Assembly (NCBI GenBank): GCA_964527765.1
Contig: CAZGQR010000008.1
Coordinates: 14,264-78,263 of the forward strand
Length of the DNA: 64,000 bases
Source of the DNA: an uncultured Planctomycetia bacterium
Lineage (GTDB): Bacteria; Omnitrophota; Gorgyraeia; Tantalellales; Tantalellaceae
Reading direction: 5' to 3'
This document shows, piece after piece, positions 38,843 to 48,624 of the stretch; position 1 is the stretch's first letter, and every line of letters begins with the position of its first letter. The notes under the pieces are model-generated. The model did not search any database. It was given only the letters and a program-made list of their open reading frames with translations, and was not told where the DNA came from. A program made the position numbers and the translations under genes.

Positions 38843-39547
38843 TTACTGTTTTTTCGCAACGTAATATGGCGATATTTCAAAAAATATCATCGAAAAACCC
38901 TTATTATATTTTCTCCCTACGGCCTCGAGAACCCTGAATCCCATCTTTTCCAGATTGTTTTTCTCGATGAACGGAATGCCGTGATACGTGCAGATCACGC
39001 CGCTGGGAGAAACTTCCATTCTGTATTTGGTAAAGAGTTTCAGATTAATTAAATTTCTTATAAAGACTTTCATCAGTTCCCTGTTCTTGGGAACGCATAA
39101 AGCGTTGTGGGATGAAAATACAAAGAGCCCGCCTTTTTTCAGAACCCTGCGTGCTTCATTTATACATTTAATTCTTTTCTTGTAGGGATGAATGTAGTCT
39201 ATACCATTGAAGGAAAAGAAAATATAATCAAAACTCGCATCCTTAAAATCCAGATCGCACGCATCCATTACCCTGAAATCGATACCTTCATGCTTCTTTC
39301 TGGCGAAATCTATCATCTCTTTAGACAGATCTATGCCTGTGACCTCAAAACCTCTTTGCTTAAAAGGCATCGTGGTGCGGCCCGTTCCGCATCCCAGATC
39401 CAGAATCTTCCCCTTTTTCCTGAAATACTTTTCAACAATATATCCTTCTGGCCCCTGAAAACCTTCTTTATTATATGTTTCTTTCACGGCATAAATATTC
39501 GAAAAGGTCTCAAGATTAATTTTTTCCTGCGGTGTTAATTTGTCCAC
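38843..39547 (-). CDS. Class I SAM-dependent methyltransferase
   Basis: It contains ILDLGCGTGRTT and LKKGGLFVFSSHN. Confidence 0.8.
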   Translation of the reverse strand: MDKLTPQEKINLETFSNIYAVKETYNKEGFQGPEGYIVEKYFRKKGKILDLGCGTGRTTMPFKQRGFEVTGIDLSKEMIDFARKKHEGIDFRVMDACDLDFKDASFDYIFFSFNGIDYIHPYKKRIKCINEARRVLKKGGLFVFSSHNALCVPKNRELMKVFIRNLINLKLFTKYRMEVSPSGVICTYHGIPFIEKNNLEKMGFRVLEAVGRKYNKGFSMIFFEISPYYVAKKQ

Positions 39548-39553
39548 GATCCC

Positions 39554-40588
39554 CTATGCCTTCCGGCTGATGATCGACAAAATCTCCTCGATCCTGTGCC
39601 TGTAAGTATGCTTTTTTAAGACTTCCGTCCTGCCTTCCCCGGCGACCATCTTCCTTTGCCCGGGATCGGCCAGATAGGACTTTATCAGATCTATCAACTC
39701 ATCGGCATTCCTATAACATACCAAATGTTTCTTATCCTCAAACAGGGTCATTACGTCCGCTTTCGCGTCCACAAGCTGAAAAGCGCCACAACCCAATATC
39801 TCAAAAACCTTTGTATTGGTCATGCGAAAATCTTTCTCGTCAACATAAGGCTCCATAACATCGCACCTGTGCCCTATAATGTTCAATACCATCTTTGAGG
39901 CGCTGAATATCTTCACCCATTCATCAGGCGTTACTACGCCTCCGCGGATAGAACTTCCCAGGGGCGAGTTTTTGGGTATCCTCTTCCACCCGATACCCCA
40001 TATGCCCAGATCAAAATCTGTCAATTTTTCCAGTATCTCCACGCGCTCGGTATAATTCGATCCCACGAAGCATATATCACAGGCGTACTTTTTTTTCTCT
40101 TCCGCGCTTAAATCTATCGGTTTGTGGATAGCGGGATCGCAGGCAAAAGGCAGCCAATATCCGTTCTTATTGCCTGCCTCCCTGTATTTATTCAGAGCAT
40201 CAGTTCCGCAGGTAAAGAAATAATCGTAATAGGGCCCGTTCCGCAAATAATCATTAAACATCAGAGGGAAATCAGCTATCCAGTTGACCGTTATTACCTT
40301 GAAAGAGCTTCGTATCTCGGAAACGGTTTCAGGGAATATGGTCCAGCCGCCATTTACTATCAACAGATCCGGCCTGAACTTTTCGACTCGCCGGATCAAA
40401 TCCCTGTTGATCCTTCTCATATCCCGGGAATGCAGAGCAGGAACACATTGTCTTATTCTTGCGGGTATACGCCAGTCGCGAAAATCAAAAACTTCGAGAG
40501 TATGACCTAGGCTTGTTATCGCCCGCTCGATATACTCTGTAAAACTTATAAACCGCGGATTGTGATACCCGACAAAAAGAATCTTCAT
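39554..40588 (-). CDS. CgeB-like glycosyltransferase (DUF3880 + Glyco_trans_1_2)
   Basis: The N-terminus is DUF3880-like and the C-terminus is a GT-B half (FEILGCGAFQLVD). The start is at MKILFVGYH. Confidence 0.6.
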   Translation of the reverse strand: MKILFVGYHNPRFISFTEYIERAITSLGHTLEVFDFRDWRIPARIRQCVPALHSRDMRRINRDLIRRVEKFRPDLLIVNGGWTIFPETVSEIRSSFKVITVNWIADFPLMFNDYLRNGPYYDYFFTCGTDALNKYREAGNKNGYWLPFACDPAIHKPIDLSAEEKKKYACDICFVGSNYTERVEILEKLTDFDLGIWGIGWKRIPKNSPLGSSIRGGVVTPDEWVKIFSASKMVLNIIGHRCDVMEPYVDEKDFRMTNTKVFEILGCGAFQLVDAKADVMTLFEDKKHLVCYRNADELIDLIKSYLADPGQRKMVAGEGRTEVLKKHTYRHRIEEILSIISRKA

Positions 40589-40589
40589 A

Positions 40590-41942
40590 TTACTTTCCCG
40601 ATAGAACTCTATCAAGCACCCCGGACAATTTTTCCGTTAATGTTTTTCTGTCATATTTGCTTATCTCTCCCCGATCAGGTTCGATCCTCAGCATGCCCTC
40701 ATTGTGCCTCTGATAGAGCCTGTATAATAAGTCTTTCACGGCGCTGACATTATTGGGCTCAACGACAAAACCTGTTCCGGTCTTCTCTATCAGATCCGCT
40801 TCAAATCCCGGAGGCGTGATAGCCAGGATAGGAACACCTGTATAAATATATTCAAAGATTTTTGCCGGAACTGAACCTGAAAATTCATAGGAAAACTTTT
40901 TGCCTTTATGAGATTCGATGATCAAAAGTAAAATGTCCGAGTCCATCAAATACTTTATACATTCTTTATGGCTCACGAAACCCGTAAAATTTATCACGCG
41001 CTCCAGATCTAACTTTCGCACCAAATCCCGTAATCGAATTTGATAGTCCAAGGATACCGTTCCGGCGAATATAACCTGGATCTCGCCCTTTAAGATTTTC
41101 TTTTCCCCGATCAGCTGCCCCAGGGCATGAAGAAAACTTTCCGGTGAATAGCAAAACCTTTCCGACAATCTGCCCGTATAAGTAATTACAAGTTTCGACC
41201 GTTTTTTCTTCTCTAAATTCAGAAAATCCTCCGCGTCATACCCGTTGGGGATCAAGTCAAATTTATTTTCACTTATACCGGGAAAATTTTCTCTTATCCC
41301 TCTGATGGTTTCCTTCTTAACGGAAATCACCCTGTCGGCGATCTCAAGTATTTTATGTTCCAGAGATCTGCGGATTCGCTGCTTGACCCCCTTTGCGTTT
41401 TTTGCATAGACAGAAGTCGTCCAGGAGTCGTCATAATCGATCACCAGGGGTTTACCGGTAAACTTTTTCAGCAAAAAACCGATCACAAATGAGGAAAAAG
41501 GCTGTCCATGTACATAGATCAAATCCGTATTTTCCTTATTTATGATCTCTATTCCCTTTTTGAAACCGAACGGGATCCACCCGTCGTACCAGTCGACGAT
41601 CACTATCCTGTAATAGATCACGCTATAGATCTTCAAGATCATCTTAAGGAACCCGCGGCTGATTTTGCCTATATTCTTCCGCTCAAGACTTTCCTGCAAG
41701 ATCAGATCCAAACTTATCGGATCCAGCGAGAAAACGCCATTGACCGAAATCCCCTCCGGCACTTCCTTAACAAGTGAATGATCAAGAGGTTCGCTTTTTC
41801 TCCCGATAGTGACCACATAGGGCTTCCATCCATAAACAGGAAGCAATTTTGCAAATTTTAAGGGCCTTTGAACCGCGCTGCCCCCGGCAGGCGGAAAGGA
41901 ATAAGAAACCATTAAAATCTTTTTCTGTTTAAAATCCGACAT
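40590..41942 (-). CDS. Glycosyltransferase family 4
   Basis: It has a GT-B fold and is 450 aa. It contains PPAGGSAVQ and a C-terminal GT1 domain. Confidence 0.75.
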   Translation of the reverse strand: MSDFKQKKILMVSYSFPPAGGSAVQRPLKFAKLLPVYGWKPYVVTIGRKSEPLDHSLVKEVPEGISVNGVFSLDPISLDLILQESLERKNIGKISRGFLKMILKIYSVIYYRIVIVDWYDGWIPFGFKKGIEIINKENTDLIYVHGQPFSSFVIGFLLKKFTGKPLVIDYDDSWTTSVYAKNAKGVKQRIRRSLEHKILEIADRVISVKKETIRGIRENFPGISENKFDLIPNGYDAEDFLNLEKKKRSKLVITYTGRLSERFCYSPESFLHALGQLIGEKKILKGEIQVIFAGTVSLDYQIRLRDLVRKLDLERVINFTGFVSHKECIKYLMDSDILLLIIESHKGKKFSYEFSGSVPAKIFEYIYTGVPILAITPPGFEADLIEKTGTGFVVEPNNVSAVKDLLYRLYQRHNEGMLRIEPDRGEISKYDRKTLTEKLSGVLDRVLSGK

Positions 41943-42935
41943 TTAGCGCGGGAACTCCTTAAACAGCTCGCCGGATCGACGTTTTATAGGCAATATCCGG
42001 CGCACTAAAAGCTTAAAAAACAAGATCCAGCTCCTTCTGGCGAACAGGTCCGTGCAAATGGATCTCAGAAGCCATTCTTTCGCCCTGGTATAATTGCCGA
42101 CGCAATATGAAACCTCTGCCAAATAGAGACAGTTGGAGGCCAGGATCCTTTTTTCATTGCGCTTAGTTTTCGGCATTATATCATCCAGGAGCTCATCAAT
42201 GCCTTCCTCCGTCAGGTCATTAAGCCTGTCCCGTCCGTTGGCCCTTCTCTCCTTAGCCAACATTCTTACAAGCGAATAGCGCCTATTCTGATCAAATCTA
42301 TTGCGCGCACAGATAGAATCCGGATTGATCCTAACCTTATAAAGCGGTTCTGCGATGTTGGCAACATCAAAAGCTTCCGAAACGCGAAATAATAGATCAT
42401 AATCTTCCACGAATTTAAGCTTTTCCCGATAAAGTCCCGCCTTTTCCATGCATACCTTCCTGCACATGATCGAAGCATGGCAAACCGGGACATCATGCCA
42501 TAAGGCATCCTTTATATCTCTGTTTTCGGTGCTTGACTTATAGATCTTTACCTCTTTACCATCTTCATCTATTTGAACAACGAAAGTCCCGACCAGGGCA
42601 ATGTCTTTATGCTCTTCCAGAAAATCTACCTGCTTTTTAAATCTTTCGGGAAGCGATATATCATCCGCGTCGTGGCGGGCAATGTATTCACCTTTTGCCA
42701 TTCTAATTGCTTTGTTCAGCGATTTTATCAGGCCCAGATTTTCCTGTTGGACCAGACGTATTCTGACATCGCTGAATGTCTCCAGAATTTCCTGAGTTCT
42801 ATCTGTTGATCCGTCATTGATAATAATAAGTTCAAAATTCTTATAGGTCTGATTTAAAATACTGCACACAGCTTCCCTGACGTATTTTTCCCCGTTATAA
42901 ACACTCATTATCACGCTTACTTTGGGATTATTCAT
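41943..42935 (-). CDS. Glycosyltransferase family 2
   Basis: It contains VSVIMSVYNGEKYV and HDADD (DxD) and has a helical C-terminal tail. Confidence 0.8.
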   Translation of the reverse strand: MNNPKVSVIMSVYNGEKYVREAVCSILNQTYKNFELIIINDGSTDRTQEILETFSDVRIRLVQQENLGLIKSLNKAIRMAKGEYIARHDADDISLPERFKKQVDFLEEHKDIALVGTFVVQIDEDGKEVKIYKSSTENRDIKDALWHDVPVCHASIMCRKVCMEKAGLYREKLKFVEDYDLLFRVSEAFDVANIAEPLYKVRINPDSICARNRFDQNRRYSLVRMLAKERRANGRDRLNDLTEEGIDELLDDIMPKTKRNEKRILASNCLYLAEVSYCVGNYTRAKEWLLRSICTDLFARRSWILFFKLLVRRILPIKRRSGELFKEFPR

Positions 42936-42972
42936 TCAGATCTCTTTTTTAAAACTCCCGCATATTCAAGCA

Positions 42973-43851
42973 CTATCGCCCTCTCGGGATCTTCCCCTTG
43001 AGATCCCTGATCTTCGTCACTATCAAAGGGTCCAGAAAAAGCAGGGTTAGCAGTCTTAAGACATTAAGATTAAACGGATTGGACAGGAAGGATCTTGTTA
43101 ACAGTCTTTTAGCGCTTTGATGATCTCCCCCGTAAAAAGCTTTTGCGCCGTGCTGATAATACCTTAAAGCCGCGGGGATATATTTATCCCTTACCTTTTG
43201 CGCCTGTTTTTCCACCTCTCCGGCATCATGCCGGCCGGTCAAGCTGTCTTTGTGCACTCTGAAATAATACAGATACTCGTTTAATTTTTGCATGCGAAAC
43301 CTGTTGTAATATATCCGTAACCAATATTCATAATCTTCGACCAGAAAAGCCTCGGGATCATAGCCGCCTAACCGTTCATAAACTTTCTTCCTGTACAGGA
43401 AGCAAAGCCCTAAACGATTTACCCTGCGTAAACTCCCGGGAGGCCCCACGCTGACGGATTGTAATATTTTCCCCGTCTCATCGATCTCATGGTAATTAGC
43501 ATATACATAGTCTGTTTTTTTGTTTTTTTCCAGCGCTTCGACCATGGACCCTATCGCCTGGGGGGAATAGATATTATCGTCTGACGTCCAGGTCAGATAC
43601 TCGCCCGAGGCATTTGAAAAACCGGTATTAAGCGCACGGGCCTGCCCTAAATTCCTTTCATGCCTTAAATATCTTACCCTTTTATCATGATAAGATGTAA
43701 TGATCTTGGAAATATTATCAGAAGAGCCGTCGTCAACGACGATCAACTCGATATTTTTATAGATCTGCTCCAGACAGCTATCGATCGCTTCGCGGATATA
43801 CCTGTCGCCGTTATGCGTCGGCAGGATAATACTCACTTTTTTGGGGATCAT
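42973..43851 (-). CDS. Glycosyltransferase family 2
   Basis: It contains VSIILPTHNGDRYI and TSDDN and has a GT-A fold. Confidence 0.8.
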   Translation of the reverse strand: MIPKKVSIILPTHNGDRYIREAIDSCLEQIYKNIELIVVDDGSSDNISKIITSYHDKRVRYLRHERNLGQARALNTGFSNASGEYLTWTSDDNIYSPQAIGSMVEALEKNKKTDYVYANYHEIDETGKILQSVSVGPPGSLRRVNRLGLCFLYRKKVYERLGGYDPEAFLVEDYEYWLRIYYNRFRMQKLNEYLYYFRVHKDSLTGRHDAGEVEKQAQKVRDKYIPAALRYYQHGAKAFYGGDHQSAKRLLTRSFLSNPFNLNVLRLLTLLFLDPLIVTKIRDLKGKIPRGR

Positions 43852-43863
43852 TTTTTATATCGC

Positions 43864-44640
43864 CTAAACTGTTCTTGCGGGCTTTTTGCCCACCGTGACA
43901 AGCAACCATCCCTGGTTAAGCGCTTTTAACGCCTTTAAGGGTATTCTGTAAAGTAATCGCAATATCATCTTTCCGATAGCGTTGCCGCTTAACATGGCCA
44001 AGAATTCAAACGAATGACGGGGATCTATGGAATATTCGACAATATTCTCTAACCCGGCTTTTTTAAAATAACCCCGAAGCGTATATTCCGGGGTTTCTCT
44101 GCCGTATGGCCAGGCCCCCTTTAACTGCTGATACCATTTTCCGATCCTGTACGAGACAGAAGCGGCATTTGGGATCATGGCAATAACTACGCCATTAGAA
44201 ACTCTTGCTGATTCACTCATAATAAAGTCTATCTCATCATCAGTAAAATGCTCAAGGAGCCCCTGACTCCACACACAATCAAAAACACTGTCACAAAAAG
44301 GAAACGGCTTAAGAATATCGCCGCGAACAAACTTTCCGTTAAGTCCTGCGTGCTGAAAAACAGTTTTGCTGAATTCCAGATTTTCAGAACTCAAATCCAG
44401 AAGAACCGCCTCTCTTTTATTTTTCGCCAGCACTCCGGATAATAATCCTGTCCCGCTGCCTATCTCCAATATTGTTTGGCCGGAAAGCGTATGCTCTTCC
44501 ACGGGTTTATACCATTGTTTCACGCGCCCGGAAGCTATATCAGCCGCCGCCTCCTCGGCATCGGTGTTCCCCACTATTACCCGATGCCACTGGTTGCTGT
44601 TCAAAGGCTCGTATCCCGCAGTATCTTTATCGGCCCCCAT
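43864..44640 (-). CDS. Class I SAM-dependent methyltransferase
   Basis: It contains ILEIGSGTGLLSG and a VWSQGLLEHF region. Confidence 0.75.
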   Translation of the reverse strand: MGADKDTAGYEPLNSNQWHRVIVGNTDAEEAAADIASGRVKQWYKPVEEHTLSGQTILEIGSGTGLLSGVLAKNKREAVLLDLSSENLEFSKTVFQHAGLNGKFVRGDILKPFPFCDSVFDCVWSQGLLEHFTDDEIDFIMSESARVSNGVVIAMIPNAASVSYRIGKWYQQLKGAWPYGRETPEYTLRGYFKKAGLENIVEYSIDPRHSFEFLAMLSGNAIGKMILRLLYRIPLKALKALNQGWLLVTVGKKPARTV

Positions 44641-45724
44641 AAAAGACCCTTCTCAAGAACGAGATCTTAAATTCATTATTTTGATTCATCGCCAGTATCT
44701 TTTTGTAATAATCAACTTCCATCTTGTCAATTCTGTCCTTCTCAAAACGCTCAACACTTTTTCTCGCGTTATTCTTTAAAGCGTCTCTTATCCCACGGTC
44801 ATTGCAAGCGGACCTGATGGCTTCAGCAAGCGCCCGGGGATCCTCATGATCTTTAACAAGAAGACCGTTTTTCATGTGCATAATATACTCATTCATGGGC
44901 GCAATATCGGAAGTTACGACCACGCCCCCACAGGCAAGAGCCTCAATAAATACTATGCCGAATCCTTCCCACCTGCTTGGAACGCATACGCAGTCCGCCC
45001 AGGAATAATAACGCGCCAGATCCTCATTTTCTATCGATTCAATAAAATAACACCGTTCTATGACCCCCTGTTCCCGGGCCAATTCTTCATACCTATGCAC
45101 ATTTCCCCTCCCGACCGCCACCAGGCAATAGTCTTCAGCCAACACTTTTAAAGCCCTGATAAGCGTATCGAGATTCTTTTGCTTTTCTTTTCTTCCTATA
45201 TGCAATATTTTATGCTTGGAAGGATATTTTCTGTTCAGATCCTCAAACTTATCCCCAGCTGCCGGACGCATCACCTTAAAATCCACTCTATTGGGAAGCA
45301 CCCAGACCCTATCCGGCTTTCTGAATTTCGCTAACGCGTGTTTTCTGACCGCCTCTGAGACGCAAAAAACAATATCAGCTTTTTTTATTGAATTATGCAA
45401 TAATTCCGGATTTGTATCATGGACCGAAACGACAGTTGGAACCCCTTCTGTCTTATAATTGCATGCCATATCGCACGCCCAGTCAGCGCCATACGCCCGG
45501 ACTATATCTATGCCTAATTCTTTAACGCGATTCCCAAGCTGCCTCGGACCGGTAGGTATTATTTTCATGCCAAACTCAAATTTTTTTTCTTTTTCCAGGG
45601 GAGACAAAAGATAAACACCATCGAAAAAATGCAAGGGAGTGTAGTAATCCTTCAATCTTACCGATATCCCCTTGCTTTTATAGGCTTCAATTGAATCGCT
45701 TGGTATAACCGCTAATCTGGGCAT
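44627..45724 (-). CDS. Glycosyltransferase family 4
   Basis: It has a GT-B fold and contains SRWEGFGIVFIEALACGGVVVTSD. Confidence 0.8.
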   Translation of the reverse strand: MPRLAVIPSDSIEAYKSKGISVRLKDYYTPLHFFDGVYLLSPLEKEKKFEFGMKIIPTGPRQLGNRVKELGIDIVRAYGADWACDMACNYKTEGVPTVVSVHDTNPELLHNSIKKADIVFCVSEAVRKHALAKFRKPDRVWVLPNRVDFKVMRPAAGDKFEDLNRKYPSKHKILHIGRKEKQKNLDTLIRALKVLAEDYCLVAVGRGNVHRYEELAREQGVIERCYFIESIENEDLARYYSWADCVCVPSRWEGFGIVFIEALACGGVVVTSDIAPMNEYIMHMKNGLLVKDHEDPRALAEAIRSACNDRGIRDALKNNARKSVERFEKDRIDKMEVDYYKKILAMNQNNEFKISFLRRVFYGGR

Positions 45725-45745
45725 TTTTTACCTGTTAATAACCTG

Positions 45746-46522
45746 TCATTCATATACGAAACAATCAAACTTGCCGTCCCAGAGAAAGATCGTTTCCATT
45801 ACCGGAGAATGGGAATACCATATCTTTCTTAGAAGTTTTGAAAGGCGGGGCATTTTTTGCTTTCTCCTGTACCACCCCCCGTCGTTTAAAAGAATATCAA
45901 AAGGGTTTGTATTTCCTTCAACTATCCATCCCGTCCCGCTACTTTGCTTAGGGTGTTCCCCGAAAGGTTTATTCTCGAGAGGTCTTTTTTTAAAGAAAAA
46001 TATAGCACCGCCGCGTTCTATCACCAGCCACCTGTGATAAGATCTGCCGAACATCAATTCCGCGAATATTGAGGGCGTGATAATCACCCCGGACCTGGCA
46101 ACCCGCATCATCTCCCCGCAAGCTGCAGCGGGGTTTTCTAAATGCTCGAATACGTGATTACTGTACGCGAAATCAAATTCTTTATCCCCGAACGGAAGGA
46201 CAGCGTCGATCCTTGAATTTACGAAGGTTATGCCTTTTTCCTTCATCTTTTCAACATCTATCTTAGGGCCGGACCCGAGCAGCCTTTCTTTGGGCTCTAT
46301 ATATAGATCAACCCCGACTCTGGCGCCTTTAACGGGGTTATTGCCGCATCCGAGGTCGATTATATTTTTTGACTCCGATAGCTTCTTTTGAACGGCTATC
46401 CATTTTTGATCTAATTCGATTTTCGGCTGGACTCCCCTCATCCTGTGATATATCGGCTTCAGGATCCGTTTTACCTCCCCGGGCATCAACATGCTGACAG
46501 CTTCTTTCACTGAACGCTTCAT
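45746..46522 (-). CDS. Class I SAM-dependent methyltransferase
   Basis: It contains IIDLGCGNNP and a YSNHVFEHLENP region. The start was chosen at MKRSVK. Confidence 0.7.
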   Translation of the reverse strand: MKRSVKEAVSMLMPGEVKRILKPIYHRMRGVQPKIELDQKWIAVQKKLSESKNIIDLGCGNNPVKGARVGVDLYIEPKERLLGSGPKIDVEKMKEKGITFVNSRIDAVLPFGDKEFDFAYSNHVFEHLENPAAACGEMMRVARSGVIITPSIFAELMFGRSYHRWLVIERGGAIFFFKKRPLENKPFGEHPKQSSGTGWIVEGNTNPFDILLNDGGWYRRKQKMPRLSKLLRKIWYSHSPVMETIFLWDGKFDCFVYE

Positions 46523-47766
46523 TAAACCTCCGCTTCCCATTTAGTAGGCAGCTTCACCGAGCCCCTGGCATTTTTAGCTCTCCCGACCACAAACCTGTAA
46601 ACCATATTATGCCAATCCAATAGATTGTTCACATCTCCTTCCGCCACTATTGCGGAACAGAGATAATTATCGGCGGGGATATGAAAACGCGGAATATTAA
46701 TTCTCACCCTCACCTTCCCCGGGGGAAGGTCTTTGAAATCCACATTCTCGTAATCGCTGTTCGCGCAGTACATAAAACCGCTGTCAGCGTAAAAATTGAC
46801 CCCAAAAATAGGATTTTTAATTTTCTCGCGTATAATGCATTCAAGCATTATGTTAAGCTCACCGCCTGATTCAATAAAAGATATTTCGTTGAAATCTTTA
46901 TCAAAAAATTTTACAGGCAAAAGCTCGGCTTTTTCCTTTAAGCCTTCTCCCGCGGCTAAACCTCTTCCGGCCGTGTCCCTGTCGCTTCTTTCCTGGAGCC
47001 CCTCTTTTATATACAGACTTATTCCCTCTTCGCTCGGCCCCAGAAAGCGCGCTCTGCCGTCCTTAAGATATAAGCAATTTAAAGTCTGTTCCCGGATCAC
47101 ATATTCATTATGAGATACAAGAACTATGGAAACACCGCTTTTGCGTATCTGGTGCATCTTCTGATAACATTTTATATTAAATTCTCTATCTCCCACGGCC
47201 AGTATTTCATCTATCAATAAAATGTCGGGCTGGCAGTGCACGGCTACGGCAAACCCCAATCTTACGTACATCCCGGAAGAATAATGTTTGACCGGCGCGT
47301 CAAGGAAATCCCCTATATCGGCAAAATCAACAATAGAATCAAATTTTCTGTCGATCTCTTTCCTGCCCATACCAAGGATCGCGCCGTTCACGTAAATATT
47401 TTCCCGTCCGGTAAGCATCGGGTGAAAACCCGCGCCGATCTGAATGAGAGCGCCGACCCTACCCCTTATCTTGATCTTTCCTTTGTCGGGCATAAAAATA
47501 CCGTTTAACATTTTTAAGAGAGTGGTTTTGCCCGAGCCGTTAGGTCCGATGATCCCGAGAGTTTCCCCTCTTTTCAATTCGAAAGAGATGTTATCCACTG
47601 CTTTGAATTCACCCTCTCTTAATCTGCCGGTAGCCGCCTCCATGCCAAGAACATTTCTGGTAATATCCTGCATACCGTACAGCATCATATGCTTCAGGCT
47701 CTTGCTGAATTTTTTATCCGCATTTTCAACTTTTATCACTGTCTCGGGCATTCTGTTTTTCTCCAA
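46522..47766 (-). CDS. wzt: Polysaccharide ABC transporter ATP-binding protein Wzt with C-terminal glycan-binding domain
   Basis: It has Walker A GPNGSGKTTLLK, the signature YSSGMYVRLGFA and Walker B ILLIDEILAVGD. A further ~170 aa form a beta-rich C-terminal extension. Confidence 0.85.
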   Translation of the reverse strand: MEKNRMPETVIKVENADKKFSKSLKHMMLYGMQDITRNVLGMEAATGRLREGEFKAVDNISFELKRGETLGIIGPNGSGKTTLLKMLNGIFMPDKGKIKIRGRVGALIQIGAGFHPMLTGRENIYVNGAILGMGRKEIDRKFDSIVDFADIGDFLDAPVKHYSSGMYVRLGFAVAVHCQPDILLIDEILAVGDREFNIKCYQKMHQIRKSGVSIVLVSHNEYVIREQTLNCLYLKDGRARFLGPSEEGISLYIKEGLQERSDRDTAGRGLAAGEGLKEKAELLPVKFFDKDFNEISFIESGGELNIMLECIIREKIKNPIFGVNFYADSGFMYCANSDYENVDFKDLPPGKVRVRINIPRFHIPADNYLCSAIVAEGDVNNLLDWHNMVYRFVVGRAKNARGSVKLPTKWEAEV

Positions 47767-47778
47767 TCCGTTAATTAA

Positions 47779-48609
47779 TTACAATCTCTCCGGTATTTTG
47801 GTTTTCGCGAGATAAAACACCCGCCAGGAAACAAAAAACAACAAAAATGATAATACAGATACGATAAAAAAGTCGATGGGCTCTTTAATATGCCCGTATA
47901 CGATCAGGTCCCTGGGAGCGGTTATCAGCGGGGACAAGGGATTTAATTTGAAAAAAACACTTTTTCCGGCGGATATAGGATACAGCACCGGGGTTAAAAA
48001 CATCAGAAATGTCGTAAGCAGCGACACTATATTCACGGTATCCCTCAGAACGCCGTTGACCAGGGACAAGATCAGGGATAACCCCAGTGTCAGGATCAGA
48101 ACAGGTATAAGCGCCAGGGGGAAAAATATGATGCCCCATGAAGGCACGAACTTGAATACAAAAAAGAATACTATGATCAAGCCGAATTTTATTAAAAATT
48201 CGAATATCGATTGGGCCACCGACGAAAACACTAAAGCCTCCAACGGAAAATTGATCTTGGAGATCATGCCGCCGGCAGATACGATGCTGTTGCAGCCGGA
48301 AATGATGCCCGTTGAAAACAATTGCCATACGGCAAGACCTATCAACGCAAACAAGGGATACGGGATGCCCGTAGAAGCAATGTTCAAAATCCCGGCTTTA
48401 TTCAGGAACATGAACGTTCCTATGGCGACAAAAGGCATTATCAATGCCCATAAATACCCCAAGGCCGCCTGTTTGTATCTCGCTGACCAATTCCGTATAA
48501 AAAGCCGCCAGATAAGTTCCCTGCTTTGAACAAGCTCTTTAAACATCTTGGGCCAGATCCTGATACCGAGCTTCAGGTACCTGTCAGGTTCATAAACGAT
48601 ATAATCCAT
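47779..48609 (-). CDS. wzm: ABC-2 type polysaccharide export permease Wzm
   Basis: It has 6 TM segments, an ABC-2 fold and is 276 aa. It is adjacent to wzt. Confidence 0.85.
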   Translation of the reverse strand: MDYIVYEPDRYLKLGIRIWPKMFKELVQSRELIWRLFIRNWSARYKQAALGYLWALIMPFVAIGTFMFLNKAGILNIASTGIPYPLFALIGLAVWQLFSTGIISGCNSIVSAGGMISKINFPLEALVFSSVAQSIFEFLIKFGLIIVFFFVFKFVPSWGIIFFPLALIPVLILTLGLSLILSLVNGVLRDTVNIVSLLTTFLMFLTPVLYPISAGKSVFFKLNPLSPLITAPRDLIVYGHIKEPIDFFIVSVLSFLLFFVSWRVFYLAKTKIPERL

Positions 48610-48624
48610 ATTCCGGTGCCCCTC

